A stretch of DNA of 63,822 bases, counting the filler, from Welwitschia mirabilis (taxonomy: Eukaryota), in assembly GCA_051453625.1 (NCBI GenBank). It is 4 parts of one record of this genome, joined end to end, with 100 filler letters (N's around TTAATTAATTAA, not from the genome) between each part and the next. Parts side by side here need not be neighbours in the genome. Positions count along the whole stretch, not along the records: positions 29,875 to 52,086 come from JBOZIK010000001.1; positions 52,187 to 57,748 come from JBOZIK010000001.1; 2 more parts are not named here. The stretch is one strand, 5' to 3'. Shown in pieces: positions 38,835-52,317 of this stretch. The notes beneath the pieces are model-generated. The model was given only the letters and a program-made list of their open reading frames with translations, did not search any database and was not told the origin of the DNA. Each line of letters starts with the position of its first letter. Position 1 is the first letter of the stretch. Position numbers and translations under genes: made by a program.

Positions 38835-41422
38835 TGTGATATCCTCTCTTCTCTTACTCTAATTAAGCATCTTTTTTTTTCTCTCTTCCCTTATTTTTTA
38901 ATATTATTACCTAACAGACATAGTGGAACTTACGACCAAATCCTACTTATTTCTTTATTAGAATTTCTATATTCTAAGAAAGAAAAATCATATTAATATT
39001 ATATGTTTACCTATAATTAATTTTTAGATTATTTTGGTTCATAAAAAATAATGATATCATAAGTTTGTGTCCTCCATTTCTTCCTAGTTTTCCATCACAT
39101 AAAAGATATTTTGTGAATAGTTACAGAGATGTAAACTTATTTTGAACACACATGAATAACTTTTAAGGATAATACCTGTATAATAAGAGGTTGCAACTCC
39201 AATTAATGGCATTCTAACTCAATATCTGATCATTCTTTGAATGTGAGTTGATTTTACTTTAGGTTTTAAACTATACAAACATGGCTAGGCTTAACTCCAT
39301 AGCCTTTTAGTTTATCCCCATATATCCCTAATATAGGGAACAAGTAGTACATGATGTGGATGCATACTTATAAATAACCCCTGTTAAAGCATCTCTGGAT
39401 GATGTAACATAATCTATTAATGTCAAGGACTCTAGATATTAAGTCAGAGTTAGTTTATAAATGGGAAGGATAAAAGAGTGGTGATTAAATCCAATTCCAG
39501 ATGGGTATTATAAAAAAAAAAGCAATGCAACTTACCTTAGTAATGAAATCCAAGTGTGGAGATGAACATTATTAGAATTATCTTGATTTAGTTCTACTTG
39601 ATGAATACACCACATAAATCCATGAAAAAATTGTAACTAATATGGATATTTAATGGATTATTTACCAAGTTATAATAATTCTAATCATCATTTAGTTCAT
39701 TTTATGGAAATAGTAATAAAAAGGAAGCATGCATATAAGAACATTTCTATATTCAAGATAATAATAATAATAATAATAATCTAAATAAAGAAAATATTAT
39801 TCTCTTTTATATCTAAATAAAGAAAATATTATTTTCTTTTTCTTTTAATAATAACAAAAATATTTAAAATATATCAAATAACATCTTATAATGTACTTAA
39901 AAAAACTAAAACATACTTGGAGCTATGCTAATCTTAGAAACATTCTTTTATGCTCATATGACAATCTCTATAAATTGGTGTAAAGAATGTAAACAAAGAA
40001 GTATAGTTCAAACCTAATTATTAAAATATAAATATTTATCCAATATTTATATAGATGTATTATAAGTTAAATAAAAAAATGATATGTTAGAGATGACTTA
40101 TGTTACTTGAACTACTAAAGTGAAAAATCTTACAAGCATGCACATTCAAAATAAGATAAAGGGGTAAAAGAGGTATTTATACAAATAAATACTATTTATA
40201 AGTAATTTAAATTAAAGTTATTACAGACATATATTTTATATAGTCAATTTTCATATAGAATTTTGTGTAATAATTTTTGTATAATTTTAAACATTAATTA
40301 TAACATTTTTGGACTCTAAGGAGACATTGCAGTTAAAAATTAAAAATTAATTATTTATAAAGTAAAAAATAAATTTTAGTAATTTTTTAGAAACTAGACA
40401 CATAAAAGGATTTTTGAAATATAACTTAAACTATCTTGGGATTCTAAAAATATTATTTCTAAGGTTATCGTTTAAGGTTAAAAACTATCAAATTTTCTAA
40501 AATTATAATCTTACTGCACTACATTAGAATGACCATAACTTTCAAAATGATTTCAGTTTTTAAATGATTTAAGATGTTTTGGAAGCTTATTTAATTTATT
40601 ACAGCCTAGCATGTTTAATTTTATAGATATGTTAACAGATAAGTACAAAAATGTAAATTATTTTCTTACTATTCTTACATTTTTCTGTTCATAACACAAT
40701 CCTAGACTTATAGGCAAAAAATTCACTGATTTATACTTGCTAATCAATAAGATATGATATTTTTATCCTATGCCTCTATTCTAGAAATTTTATTTTCACC
40801 ATAACAAAAACATGATAAAGTTTTTACAACTACTTAAGCAATAATGTGGATTAGAAAATTAATGGATATACTAAGTAATTACTTATAGAATATCTTAACT
40901 AAGTTACTATATAAATTATTATGCAAATAAAAATAAAATTAATTCAAAAAGAACTATTTAATATAAGCCTTGGGATTTAAAGAGATTTTTGAGGATTAGA
41001 CTTTGCCCCTAATAAGATGATCCTAATGCATAATAGATAAAAAAATAATACTAAAATAAAAATGGGTATCCAAATTTATTTTTTTTCATTTTAATAGTGA
41101 ACCCCTAGTTACTTGGCCATAATCATTCATTAGCAATCCTCCATTACCAATTACAATAAACCCTTTGTATCTCACTATAATGTCTTAGTGGGAGCCAATG
41201 GGAGGGAATAATAGTTTATAACATAATTGCATAAAGCAATAGATAATTTCCTAGTGAAATATCACATCATTCCAATAGAAAAAAAATCATATGGATAATA
41301 TAAGTAAAATAATTACTTAGAACGATTAGTAAGACCTTAATAGTTAAAGATTGATGAAGATCTAAGATTAAGAGTTCCTTAGCTCCAAGCTTCCAAGCTC
41401 TAAGCTCCACAAGTAAGATAAT

Positions 41423-41480
<58 letters not shown>

Positions 41481-43024
41481 TACACTTGTATAAAACAAAA
41501 AGAAAGTATATCCTCTAACAAGAGAGGGAAAGTTCTCTATATATAGATGAAAAAAGGAACATAGCTGGAGATCATAAGATCACATTATTTAGCATTGATA
41601 AGTGGGATGAGTAATAAGTGACATTGGATTACAAAAAGAGATCATATTTATGACTAATGCATCTAAATAGGGTGAGTAATCTTCTTGCTTTAACTAGTAA
41701 GGTTAATTAGATGCATCATTTTCTCATGCTAGCTATTTTTAATCCTTCATAAGCTCATAAGTAAGTTTAATTCATTCAAAACACGCATCAAAAGAATAAA
41801 TGCATAAATCTTAGAATTTNNNNNNNNNNNNNNNNNNNNNNNNNNNNNNNNNNNNNNNNNNNNNNNNNNNNNNNNNNNNNNNNNNNNNNNNNNNNNNNNN
41901 NNNNNNNNNNNNNNNNNNNTATTATTACATAAAAGCCCTAAATAATTCTCTAATGTAATATTACATCATTCCAATTACAAAAAAGAGATCATATTGACAA
42001 TAAGAGTAAAGAGATTACTTGGGAAGATTAGTAAGACCTTGATAGTTAAAGATTGAGGAAGATCTAAGCTTAAGAGTTTCTTAGATCTAAGCTTTCAAGC
42101 TCCAAGCTCCACAAGCAAGAGAAACAAAAGGAAAGTATCTCTTTTTACAAGAGAGGAAAGGATCTATGTATATAGATAAACAAAGGCATATAGCTCAAGA
42201 TCACAAGATCACATGAATTAGCATTGATAAGTGGGATGCAAAAATAAGTAATATTAGAGTACAAAAAAATATATATATTTATGACTAATGCACCTAACTA
42301 GGATTAGTAATCCTTTAATTAGAAAAGTTAATTATATACATCATTTCCTCACGCTAGCTCCTTTTTAATCCTTTATATTATCAAAGTAAGTGTAATTCAT
42401 CCAAGACATGCATAAACAGAATAAATGCATAAATCTCAAAATTTTCATATGGCACAATGAGATAAACTCTTCAATTCCAATAATAAAGCAATTAGTATGT
42501 TGTGAACCAAGTGTCCTTATACATCTCAAGAACATAAAAGTTATGGTAGAGTACGACTACTCATTTATCATTCTTGATTCTAGGTAAGAGTGCATGTACT
42601 TGTTTAAATGCTTATTTATTTTAAAATGCATAAAATTTATCAATTACATAACATAAGGAAGAAAATATTTATTCATAATATAGTACACCTATCACATTTA
42701 CCAAGAATGTAAATAAGTTAATAAAATGCAAAATATATTATTATGTCCTCTTAAAATTTGAATTGATTAGTTTGATCATGTGATTTTAATTTCTCACATA
42801 ATGGAATTATCTAATTTTAAATGTTTAGATATATTTCCTCATAAATAACTTTTAACATAATTTTGCTATTTTTATGGTAAATTATAAAAGTTACAACTAA
42901 GGTTAATTTAAAATGGCATCTTATTATGATAAGGAATTTAAATAAGGATAATTAATCATTTAACTAAAAGATTAAAATACTTAATATTCAAGTAAATAAG
43001 GTTTATAAAATATGGAAGATGATA
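38835..43024 (-). repeat. 5' LTR, with 100-N gap and duplicated segment (41210-41819 vs 41920-42440)
   Basis: Similarity to 33668-36962; ends TATGGAAGATGATA at 43024 (cf. TATGGGATATGACA); contains (GA)n at ~41430-41471. Confidence 0.8.
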
Positions 43025-43973
43025 GTACGTTCTCATCCTTTACATATCTAACATTCTACTTTGAAAACATTAGAAAAAGAAGTATTATTAGAAGTATTAC
43101 CTTTAAACTTACATTTGGCTTGAAATATAGATGGTTTTCTAAATTCGTCTCTTTTGTTATACTTATGAGAAAAAAAATTTTTTTTTACTCTCTTTGTAAT
43201 GAGTACAAGTTCCTCATTTACTTCATAATTAGATTCATCTTCTTCTTTTTCTTCCATTACCTTGCCTTTTGAATTTTGTTTTTTCATTTCACTTGTCTTA
43301 AGAGTAATGTTCTTTTCTTTTAAGGCTTCATCGTGTGTGAGATTCATTTCATATGCTATAAGAGCACTTTATATCTTTTCTATATGTATGGTGTTGAAAT
43401 CTCTTGACTCTTCCATAGCTATATATTTGATCCTATATTTAAGGGTTAGAGATCTAATAACTTTTTATATTATCTTTACTTCTGGAAGACTTTCTCTAAT
43501 GTCTTATATTGCATTCATAATGCTAGAAACTCTAGTGAAGTTCTCGTGAACTTTTTCTTTATGATTCATCTTGAGATTCTCAAATTTATTTGTCTATGTA
43601 AAAAGATTTGATTGTTTGATAATAGTTCCTTCATATGTTTTAAGAAAAGAATTACAAATCTTTTATGTCATATTACAATCTGCTATTCTATTGAACTATT
43701 TAATTATTAAAGTAGAATAAAGTGCATTTTTAACTTTAGAATAATACATGATAGTAGCTTTCTCTTTATCTTCCCGATCATTTCTTTGCTTGATCTGAGT
43801 GATGGTATTGCTTGTAGCATCTATTACAACTTTTATAGAGTATACATGCATCTTCATCTTTTAATAGGTATAATTTATCTCCATTAAAGAGAAGAGGTAT
43901 AATGAATAGAATCCTTTCCATTGTTTACTTAAAAAAGTTACTCCTTTTCATGTGTACTCACTCTAATATCACT

Positions 43974-45527
43974 TGAGAATTGTTGAACTCAGAAGAGAGG
44001 GGTGACTAAGTTCTATCAAATAAAATTTTTAACTAATAATAGAATGAAAAATCATAATAGTACATATCTTATTAAGATAACATGGTTTTCTAACTTGGGT
44101 ACACCTACACACAGAGGATAGCTTTCTATTACACCTTTGGATATTCTTGAATTACAAAAAAAATAGTAGTTTTCCAATACACGATTAATCTTACAACAAT
44201 GAGAGTCTTCTCATAAGGTAGTACTCTCTTTCCCATAAAAAAGATTGGTTTTACTAAGTGCATCAAAGACCTTATAACAATGAGATTCTCCTTGCAAGGT
44301 AGCACTCTCTTCACTATAGGGAAATAGTGATTTTTTAGGTAAACAACAAACCTTACACTAATGAGAGTCTTGTTGTAAGGTAACACTTTCTTCCTCTTAA
44401 ATAAATAATGGTTTTCTACCTTACAACTAATCTTACAATAAAGTAAGTACTCACAGACATAATCTTAATGTACACCCATAGAAGGATTACCTTACAATGA
44501 GTTTTGTAATATAAAATGGACTGACAAAAATATTTAGAAATAAGATAGTCAAACAATGTAATATCCATAAATACAATACAAGAACAAACTTGAAAGATGT
44601 AGTAATGAAGAAAGCTTGAGTTCCTTATTATCATTATCATCATCAGTGTAGGATAATGATTAAGTAATGTAGGATCTAAGAGTAAATGATGTGAATAATG
44701 AAAGCTCTTTTGCAAATAATATATGTGATCCTTTATGAGAAGTTCCTATTACCTGTGTAATATGCATTATATACAAGATGCGTTCATTCTATTTAAGTTG
44801 TAAATGTTTAAGTGTCAAAAGTTGTAAATTGTTCCATGACATCATCTCTTTATATCATTAAAGAAAATCTAGATGTTTGATCTTAAATAGTAGTCGTTTA
44901 AACTTTGTAACTACCTTGTAATAAATAGGAAATGTCTAGGTGTAAGAAGCATATCTTTATTTTTAATTAATGTGAACTTTGGTCTAGGATGCCTTTAAAT
45001 TTATAGACATCTACTAACATTTATATGTCTTTACCTTATAGACATCTACAATGAACTTGCCTTAATTTTGATAAAAATTAGTTCATATAATCTGTGGGCC
45101 TCTGGGATCATGAATCCATGATGTAAAAGTTGATAGCTTACTTGAAACATAAAATATAACTCTATTAGCTATTTAATTTTAATATAGACATCTTTAATTA
45201 TGTAGATGTCTTATTTGTGTGTGGTTTAACTTTTAGCATAGTCATCGTCAATGAGATTGTTATTTTTAATTTATAACTAAAAAGTCGGTACATCATGGAT
45301 ATCTATAATCTTTAGATATCTTTACTAAAGACATCTATAATTGTTTAAATATCATTACCATAGATATATTTCATTTTTTAGATGTCTTCAAATAATTGAT
45401 TTTACATTTTAACAACTGTATCTTTTTATGAGCTATCATCTTTGAATATCTTATACTGACTTGTGCTTATCATTATTTGATGTTCTTTATGATGATCTAT
45501 CTATATAAAGATATAAAATATTTGACA
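43974..45527 (-). repeat. SIRE-type LTR (~1.55 kb)
   Basis: Starts TG 2 nt from the PBS. AGAGAGGGGTGA near the terminus resembles the reverse complement of the SIRE TCACCCCCCTCT signature. Contains ~75-80 bp internal tandem repeats (44085-44500) and AGACATCT/AGATGTCT motifs; ends TTTGACA. Confidence 0.7.
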
Positions 45528-45528
45528 A

Positions 45529-47985
45529 GTGAAATTATTAAAACTAGATTTACCAACACTCTTACAACTTGATATTATTGGTTCTTTATTTACAAAATTT
45601 TTAGGAAAGAAAAGGTATTATTTAACTATAGTAAATTATTATTCTCATTTTATATCGATATCTTTCCTTGCATATAAGGATAAGGCATTTAATGTATTTT
45701 TTAAGTTGTGCATCAAACTACAAAATCAAAAAAAATATAGGATAAATATAATTAAAAGTAATAATGAAACAGAAGTTAAAAATGCAAAGTTCAAAATGTT
45801 TTGTGAATGGTTTGGTATTTTACATTAGTTATCTACACCAAGTCTTTCCCAAACAAAATGTAGTAACCAAAAAAAAAAAAAAAAAAATAAAGTACTTAAT
45901 GAAATGCCTATAACTATGATGCATGACAAAAAGTTACCTGATCATCTTTGGGCATAATAAATCAACATAGCCTGCTGCGTTTCAAATCATGTTTTGATAA
46001 AATGGTTTAATTCAAAAACTTCATATGGGTTATGGTATAGTAAGAAGCCTTCATTAATATATTTTTATATCTTTAGATATAAGTTCTTTATTTGAAATAA
46101 AAAGGATAGGCTAAGAAAGTCTAACTGAAAAGTTAATAAAGACATTTTTATGGGTTACTCTATGGTTAATAAAGCATATCGAGTGTACAATAACAGAACC
46201 CATGTAGTTGAAGAAACTATCAATGTAAAAATAAGTGACATTGACTTAAATTATATTGATGTATGAGATGATTATATTCCTATGTAGATTGATCAACCAT
46301 CTAACCATCTATAGATTCAATCAAATAGTAAGGAGAGAAAAGAATAAATAGAAAAGAAAAATCATTTAACCATGATCAAACTAAAGAAGAGTCACTCCAT
46401 TAGCAACATTATGAGTATGCCTTATAAAGGTATTCAAACTAGAAGATTTACTAAATAAATTTATGATTATGTAGCTTATATGTCACAAGTTAAATGAAAT
46501 ACTTTCAAAGAAGCTAAAAACAATAAACATTAATGTTTGCAAAACAAGAGGAACTTAACCAATTTGAAAGATGTCATGTCTAGAAACTCAGCTCAAGACC
46601 ATTTAATAGATTCCTTATTGAAATTAAGTGGTTTTTTAGAAATAAGATAGATAAACATGATAATGTAATAAAAAAGGTAAGGTTAGTGATTAAATAACAC
46701 AAACAATAAGAAGGAGCTTTGAAGAAACCTTTGCTTCAGTGGCACATATGAGGTTAATAAGAATGCTTCTAGCCTTTACTTATGTAAAATAGTTTAAAAT
46801 TTATCAAATAAATGTCAAGAGTGCATTTCTAAATAGAATTTTTAAGAATAAGTATATGTTAAGAAATTAAATGATTTTACAAAATTCTATAAATTAGATT
46901 ATGTTTACAAATTAAAGAAGGATCTATATGGTCTTAAACAAGCAACCAAAGCTTAATATTAGAAACTATTAGATTATCTTATTGATAAAGGTTTCAAAAG
47001 AGGTACTTTAGATGTTACTTCATTTATTAGAAAAGATCATAAAGACTTTATTATTACTTAAATTTATGTAGATGATATTAGTTTTGGTGCTACTAATGAA
47101 TCTTTGTATAGGAAGTTTGCTAAAATAATGTAGGTTGAATTTGAGATGAGTTTCGTCAGAGAGATAAGAAACTTCTTCAAACTATACTTTTATTTTACAA
47201 ATTAAATATATCCAAAATTTCTATTCAAATATTGTTTACAAGATTGCAAAAGTAAGGACACTCTAATGAATTAAAACACAAAATTAGATAAGAGATGAAA
47301 ATGATAAGAAGATGGATCAATAACTATATAGAGGTATGACTGATAGTATGTTGTATCTTACTTCTAGTAGATCAAATATTATATTAAGTGTAGGGATTTT
47401 TGCACATTATGAAATGATCCTAGGTAATTACATCTCATAGTTGTAAAAAGAATTTTTTATTACTTGAAAGATACTACTAATTAGAGCCTTTAATACTCAA
47501 AGAAATCCTACCTTAATCTAGTAGAGTATTGTGATGTAGGTTGGGAAAGATGAAAACATGATATAAGAAGCACAAATGAATCCTATGTCTTGCTTAAATA
47601 ATGATTGATTTCTTAGAGTAGTAAAAAGCATAACTCAACTACTCTATCAACTACTAACTCTAGGTACATTTCTATGGTGAGTTATTGTGCACAACTACTA
47701 TAGATGAAATAGATGTTAAAAGATTTTGAACTCTCTATGGATAACATTCCTATCTATTTAATAACAAGAGCACTATCAACATATTAAATAATTTAATATA
47801 ACACTCAAGAATCAAGCACATTGTAATTCGACATTACTTTCTTAGAGAACATGTTTAAAATGAAGATATTACAATGTAATATATCAATATAGATGATTAT
47901 CTTACTGCTGTGTTCATAAAACCTCTAAGTATTTAAATATATAAAGTTATGCAAGAACTTGGGTATTGGATCTTGTCCAATTAGA
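45529..47985 (+). pseudogene. Ty1/copia SIRE-like pol (integrase-RT-RNase H), degenerate
   Basis: LLQLDIIG..FLGKKRYYLTIVNYYSHF..KLQNQK..IKSNNETE..FCE..GILH; KAYRVYNNRT.VVEETINV; QEELNQFER; LYGLKQA; IYVDDISFGATN (~47063); SRIKHIVIRHYFLREHV. Confidence 0.9.
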
Positions 47986-50900
47986 TAAGTTAAACAGGCA
48001 ACATCATCTAAATTCTTAACTCCACATTGTAATTATCTCATGAGTTGAGATTATAATTAGATGTGGTAATAGTTAAATTATGTACTTGTAATTTACTTTT
48101 TTGAAGTATTATTATCATGTTTATATTAGTTGGAATGTTCTAAAGTTTCAAGAACTTTCATTATAGCTATTTTTAGTTTTTGTAGATGTCTACCTAAGAG
48201 ACATCTTTAGATTTATAGATGTCTTAGAAGTAGACATCTTAAGTTTTGTAGATGTTTTAGAAGGTTAAACATGCTTTTAATTTTTTTTAAAATAGATGTT
48301 TTAAATTTTGTAGACATCTTGACAGTAGGAAAATCTATTGGAAAATTTTTTTTAATATCAAACATCTTGAACTTTTTAGACATCTAGTTTTTGCATTTTA
48401 GATGTCTTTTAGCAGGTAGATGTCTTGATTGTACTATTGCAGAAATTAAAATGCATCCAAAAACTAGAGTTTTAAACCTTTTTATTTGGAAAATTTACCA
48501 ACAAACCCTATTTTCAAATATTCACTCAATAGTTGTCCCTCTTAGAGGATTTCTTAGGCCTATTTTTGTCAATTTTTCTATAGCAAGATGTATTGGATTT
48601 ATGAGACATCTTCATAGTGACAAAAAATAGGGTTATTTCTTACATAGGTGGATATTTTTCATTCTTTCTTTATATTTTACTTGATTTTTGATTTATATCT
48701 TCCATATTTCTTACAAAATGTTTGAAAAAAATTAATTAATAATTTAAGAGGAAAACAACAAGCTTCAAAACTTCAAAGATCATAATATGAGCCTAATTTT
48801 TATCATGAGATAGTCATTAGAAGATATAGAATTTGGACAAGAAATTCTATTATTGCGAAAAGAACTTTTGAATCTCAAAGATAATGAAAAGATTATCTTG
48901 TGGCTTAATTCTCATAGCTAATTAGAAAATAATTATTAGTTATACCAAAATATATAGATCTCATAGTGAGGGACTTCTATGCAAATATTCATAAAATAAA
49001 TGATAACACAGGTGTTTTCCAAACTTAGGTCAAAGGCACTTCATTGGATATTATTCTTAGTATTGTAAATTCATTATTTGACATAGATATTCCAATCTTC
49101 CTTAGTTATATGTGCATTTATTTAAAGATATTTTCACTTCTTTGTTGTAAATGTATCATGGAGACATATGAGCAATGTTTTATTTGAACATCCTAGAATG
49201 AATTTTATAGAAAATATAAAGTGAAAAGATGTGATTTTAGATGCCTCTATTCTAAGTTTGATTATATTTTATAATATTTAATCAGAGATGGTAGTTATTA
49301 TAAACTGATACAAATCTTTGTTTTTTTTACCCTCAGTGATTTAAGACTAGATTTGGTTTTTATTTTGTGTATGAACATTATCATATTATTTCATAAGGGT
49401 TAAACTTTGGGTTACACTTATCTCATTAGTTTAATTATCAGCAGTGCCAATATTTGATTTCCTCAAGTAAATATTATTTACCAAAAGAAACCACTGAATA
49501 AATTTAGTGAAAAATCAATAATATCAATAACATAAGTTAAGGACACAAGTAGAAGGCCTTCACAATTTCAGAGATATTATTCTACTACTACTCATAGCTT
49601 ATTATTAGTAAAGCAGGAATTAAAGGCAATAGTAATATGATTAGAAAAATTGACAAAAACATGTTGAGATTAAAAAAAAACAGATCCATAATAGCTAGTG
49701 AGGAAAAGGAACTAATAGAAAGTTAGGAACTCATAAGGACTCCTACATGGTCAAACTCAGAGGAGGAATCAAAAGAAGAAGAAGTACCTCCAATTAGCTA
49801 CTAATAATGATTCTATAGATGAGTCATCAAGAGATGAGGTACAGTTTTAGGGGAAGTAATAGACTCCCACAGAGGTATAAGTATAGAGAAAGCAATAGGC
49901 TCCTAGTCCATCATAACAGAGTTAGCAGTAGGAGGTAGAGTCCAAGAGATCATATGTTCAACCTCTCATCATCATTATTCACATCACAAGATTTTAGTTC
50001 ATCACCCTTCTCAACCTTCAAGACCCTCTTCACCATCATACTGACTATCTCCACCTCTATTGCATATACTATCATCACCTCCATCTCATACAGAGCCTCT
50101 TCATATACCACCATTTACCACCATCACCTTACTATTATCCTTTGTAAAGACTGCCACTCCTAGTCTATTTAGGATTCCCTTACTTCTCAAACATAATAGT
50201 GTATAAGAAGATAGACCTATGTTGGCATAGATGTGACATCTTAGTGTCTATTTAGGAAGTACCACACTCTTCCTACCACATCATCATCATTTTATATTAT
50301 CTAAACTTCCATCACCCATGACAGTGATGATGATAGTGATGAAGAGGAAGAAGGAATACATCACACTAGTGACTCTACTCTCAACAATTAGATCCTTTTC
50401 TTTATTATCCAAAAAGGGAAAGGAGTTCAAGAAAATTAGTTGTATTCAGTTGAACAAATTAGTTTTTAGCATGAGAACATTTTATTGGGTTTTGAGTACT
50501 TATCTTTAAGGTCATTCTCTAACTTTTCTTATTTTCGTCCATCCATTTCCTCCTTACAATGTCATTGCATTTCTATCATGGTTTAATATGAGTTGAATGG
50601 ATACTTTTTTACTAGTATTATTTTTATGCTCTTTTTGTCATAGTTCGCATTGCAATTTTTCATAAAATTTTCCTTATGCATAATAATTTTCTTTCATTTT
50701 CATGCATTATCTTTTTTTAATTTTAGCCTTATGTATTTTTTTAATCATTTGAAATCATTTTCATTATGTGTTCAACTTTTTAACTTATTAACTTTGAGGT
50801 CAAAGTTAACTTTAATTAGGGGAATAGCAATTACACTTATAGTTTATTTCTAATGTCTTTCTTTCTACTAAGTATGATTAAGCCTTAAATTGTGTTTTTT

Positions 50901-52086
50901 TCCTTTTTTACTTTTCCCTTTAAGTGTTCATCATTTTTTCATCATACTTAGTGATTTAACATGTAATAATTCCATGTTATTCATCTTTGTCACATGTTTT
51001 GCTAAGGAACTAATAAAATGTTGGTTGGAGATGTATTAACATGTAGAAATTAACATTCATTTCAACATATGCAAGGCAATTTAGCATAGTTGAGTTATCA
51101 ATTTAACTATTTTAATCATTTATCTAGAATATGCTACTTTCATTATGCAAACTGATTTTATGTATTTACCAATTGATTTATTAAGTTTTTAATTATACAA
51201 AGAAGCTCCAGTCCAAAGTTGAAGTTGATGAGCCATAAAATACTAACATCGCTAGTTTATTCTAATGACAGTGCTAGTCTTTTGGGATAATTAATTTTAA
51301 ACTTATGTTTACACATTATTTTAGATTCTAAAATCCATTGTAGTGGTATATGACATTAGTCAAGGTTTGATACATAACTAATATGATCAAACTAATAAAA
51401 ATCTTAGTCCTAATGCTAATTACTAAATGTATAAATAGGTCATAGTGCCTCCTTTTATAGGGTATAAGTAAGTCATTCATTAAATGATTAGGTAAAGTAT
51501 TAAAGAATATATTTCTAATATTTGAACTCTTGTTATATACTCTTTTTAATTTTTCCCTTTTGGGAATGTACTAATCCTTAAGAATAGCATGAACTATTAA
51601 GATTTAGCTTGATGATTTCTTTTCTAATGTATAATTTTACTCTAATTTGAAGTAAAGGATGATTAGCTATGACTTAATTTCTCAATTTTAAGTTCTAATT
51701 ATTATTTCATAATTGTAACGCTTGATTTAAATCAAGACATGTTGAGTTCACAATGACTCTTTAGTAATTATTCATGCTTTTCTTTTAGTTTCATCATTTA
51801 CTTTTTTTTATGATATTTGAAAATAGTCTTTCTACTTTTCATTCTTTTGAAGTTCTTACTAAGGTAAAAATAACTTAAAGACATCACCATTACTAGTATG
51901 GTAAATTATATTATGCCATAATGCTTGAGCTCTAATGGGTACTTGATATGATTCATGACTTAATTAAAAAGCAATTTAGATATCATGGAATAAAATCTCG
52001 TGCCATTGTTGAGATTCTCATGCTAGATGCATATAGTTGTATTCTTTTCCTAAGTATACTTTACTGATTGAGAAAACACACACACA
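47986..52086 (+). mobile_element. 3' region of the SIRE-like element (decayed extra/env-like ORF region and 3' non-coding tract)
   Basis: Follows RNase H; AGACATCT motif cluster at 48180-48430; Pro/His-rich then acidic decayed coding-like stretch at 49950-50390; purine tract CCAAAAAGGGAAAGGAG at ~50409. Confidence 0.5.
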
Positions 52087-52186
52087 NNNNNNNNNNNNNN
52101 NNNNNNNNNNNNNNNNNNNNNNNNNNNNNNTTAATTAATTAANNNNNNNNNNNNNNNNNNNNNNNNNNNNNNNNNNNNNNNNNNNN
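52087..52186. other. Artificial contig-joining spacer (N44-TTAATTAATTAA-N44)
   Basis: Identical structure to 29775-29874. Confidence 0.95.
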
Positions 52187-52317
52187 CTTCCTTTTTCATT
52201 CAATAAGCGAGCTTTGCATTGCTTCCGTGGTTTTTCCCCACATTGTGGTTTTCCACGTAAATATGGTGTGTTGATGTTTGCATTTTGCTTTTGCTCTATT
52301 GCATTTTTTTCCTAACA
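52187..52317 (+). repeat. 3' end of a copia (Tork/Tnt1-like) LTR
   Basis: CCGTGGTTTTTCC...GGTTTTCCACGTAAA motif shared with 54085-54120; ends CCTAACA. Confidence 0.7.

Larger units (their letters stand above)
33668..43024 (-). mobile_element. Non-autonomous Tekay/Del-like gypsy element (large LTRs, gag remnant only)
   Basis: Direct repeats start at 33668 (TGTAACAC..CTAATTAAG) and 38835 (TGTGATATC..CTAATTAAG). PBS TGGTATTAGAGC at 38820-38831; purine tract TTTAAGCAAGAAAGAA next to 36962; internal region only ~1.87 kb. Confidence 0.82.
32760..45527 (-). mobile_element. Ty1/copia SIRE-like element, 5' part (LTR-PBS-gag-protease), interrupted by a nested insertion at 33668-43024
   Basis: gag NYTY*KMKM, TYEGT, IAMEESRDFNT..LIAYEMNL..NITLK (43030-43920); knuckle VEC*ICKG*E continues as HLASECP at 33667; protease WY..DSGCLRHM (~32795-32828); PBS TGATATTAGAG at 43960-43971. 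Confidence 0.82.
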
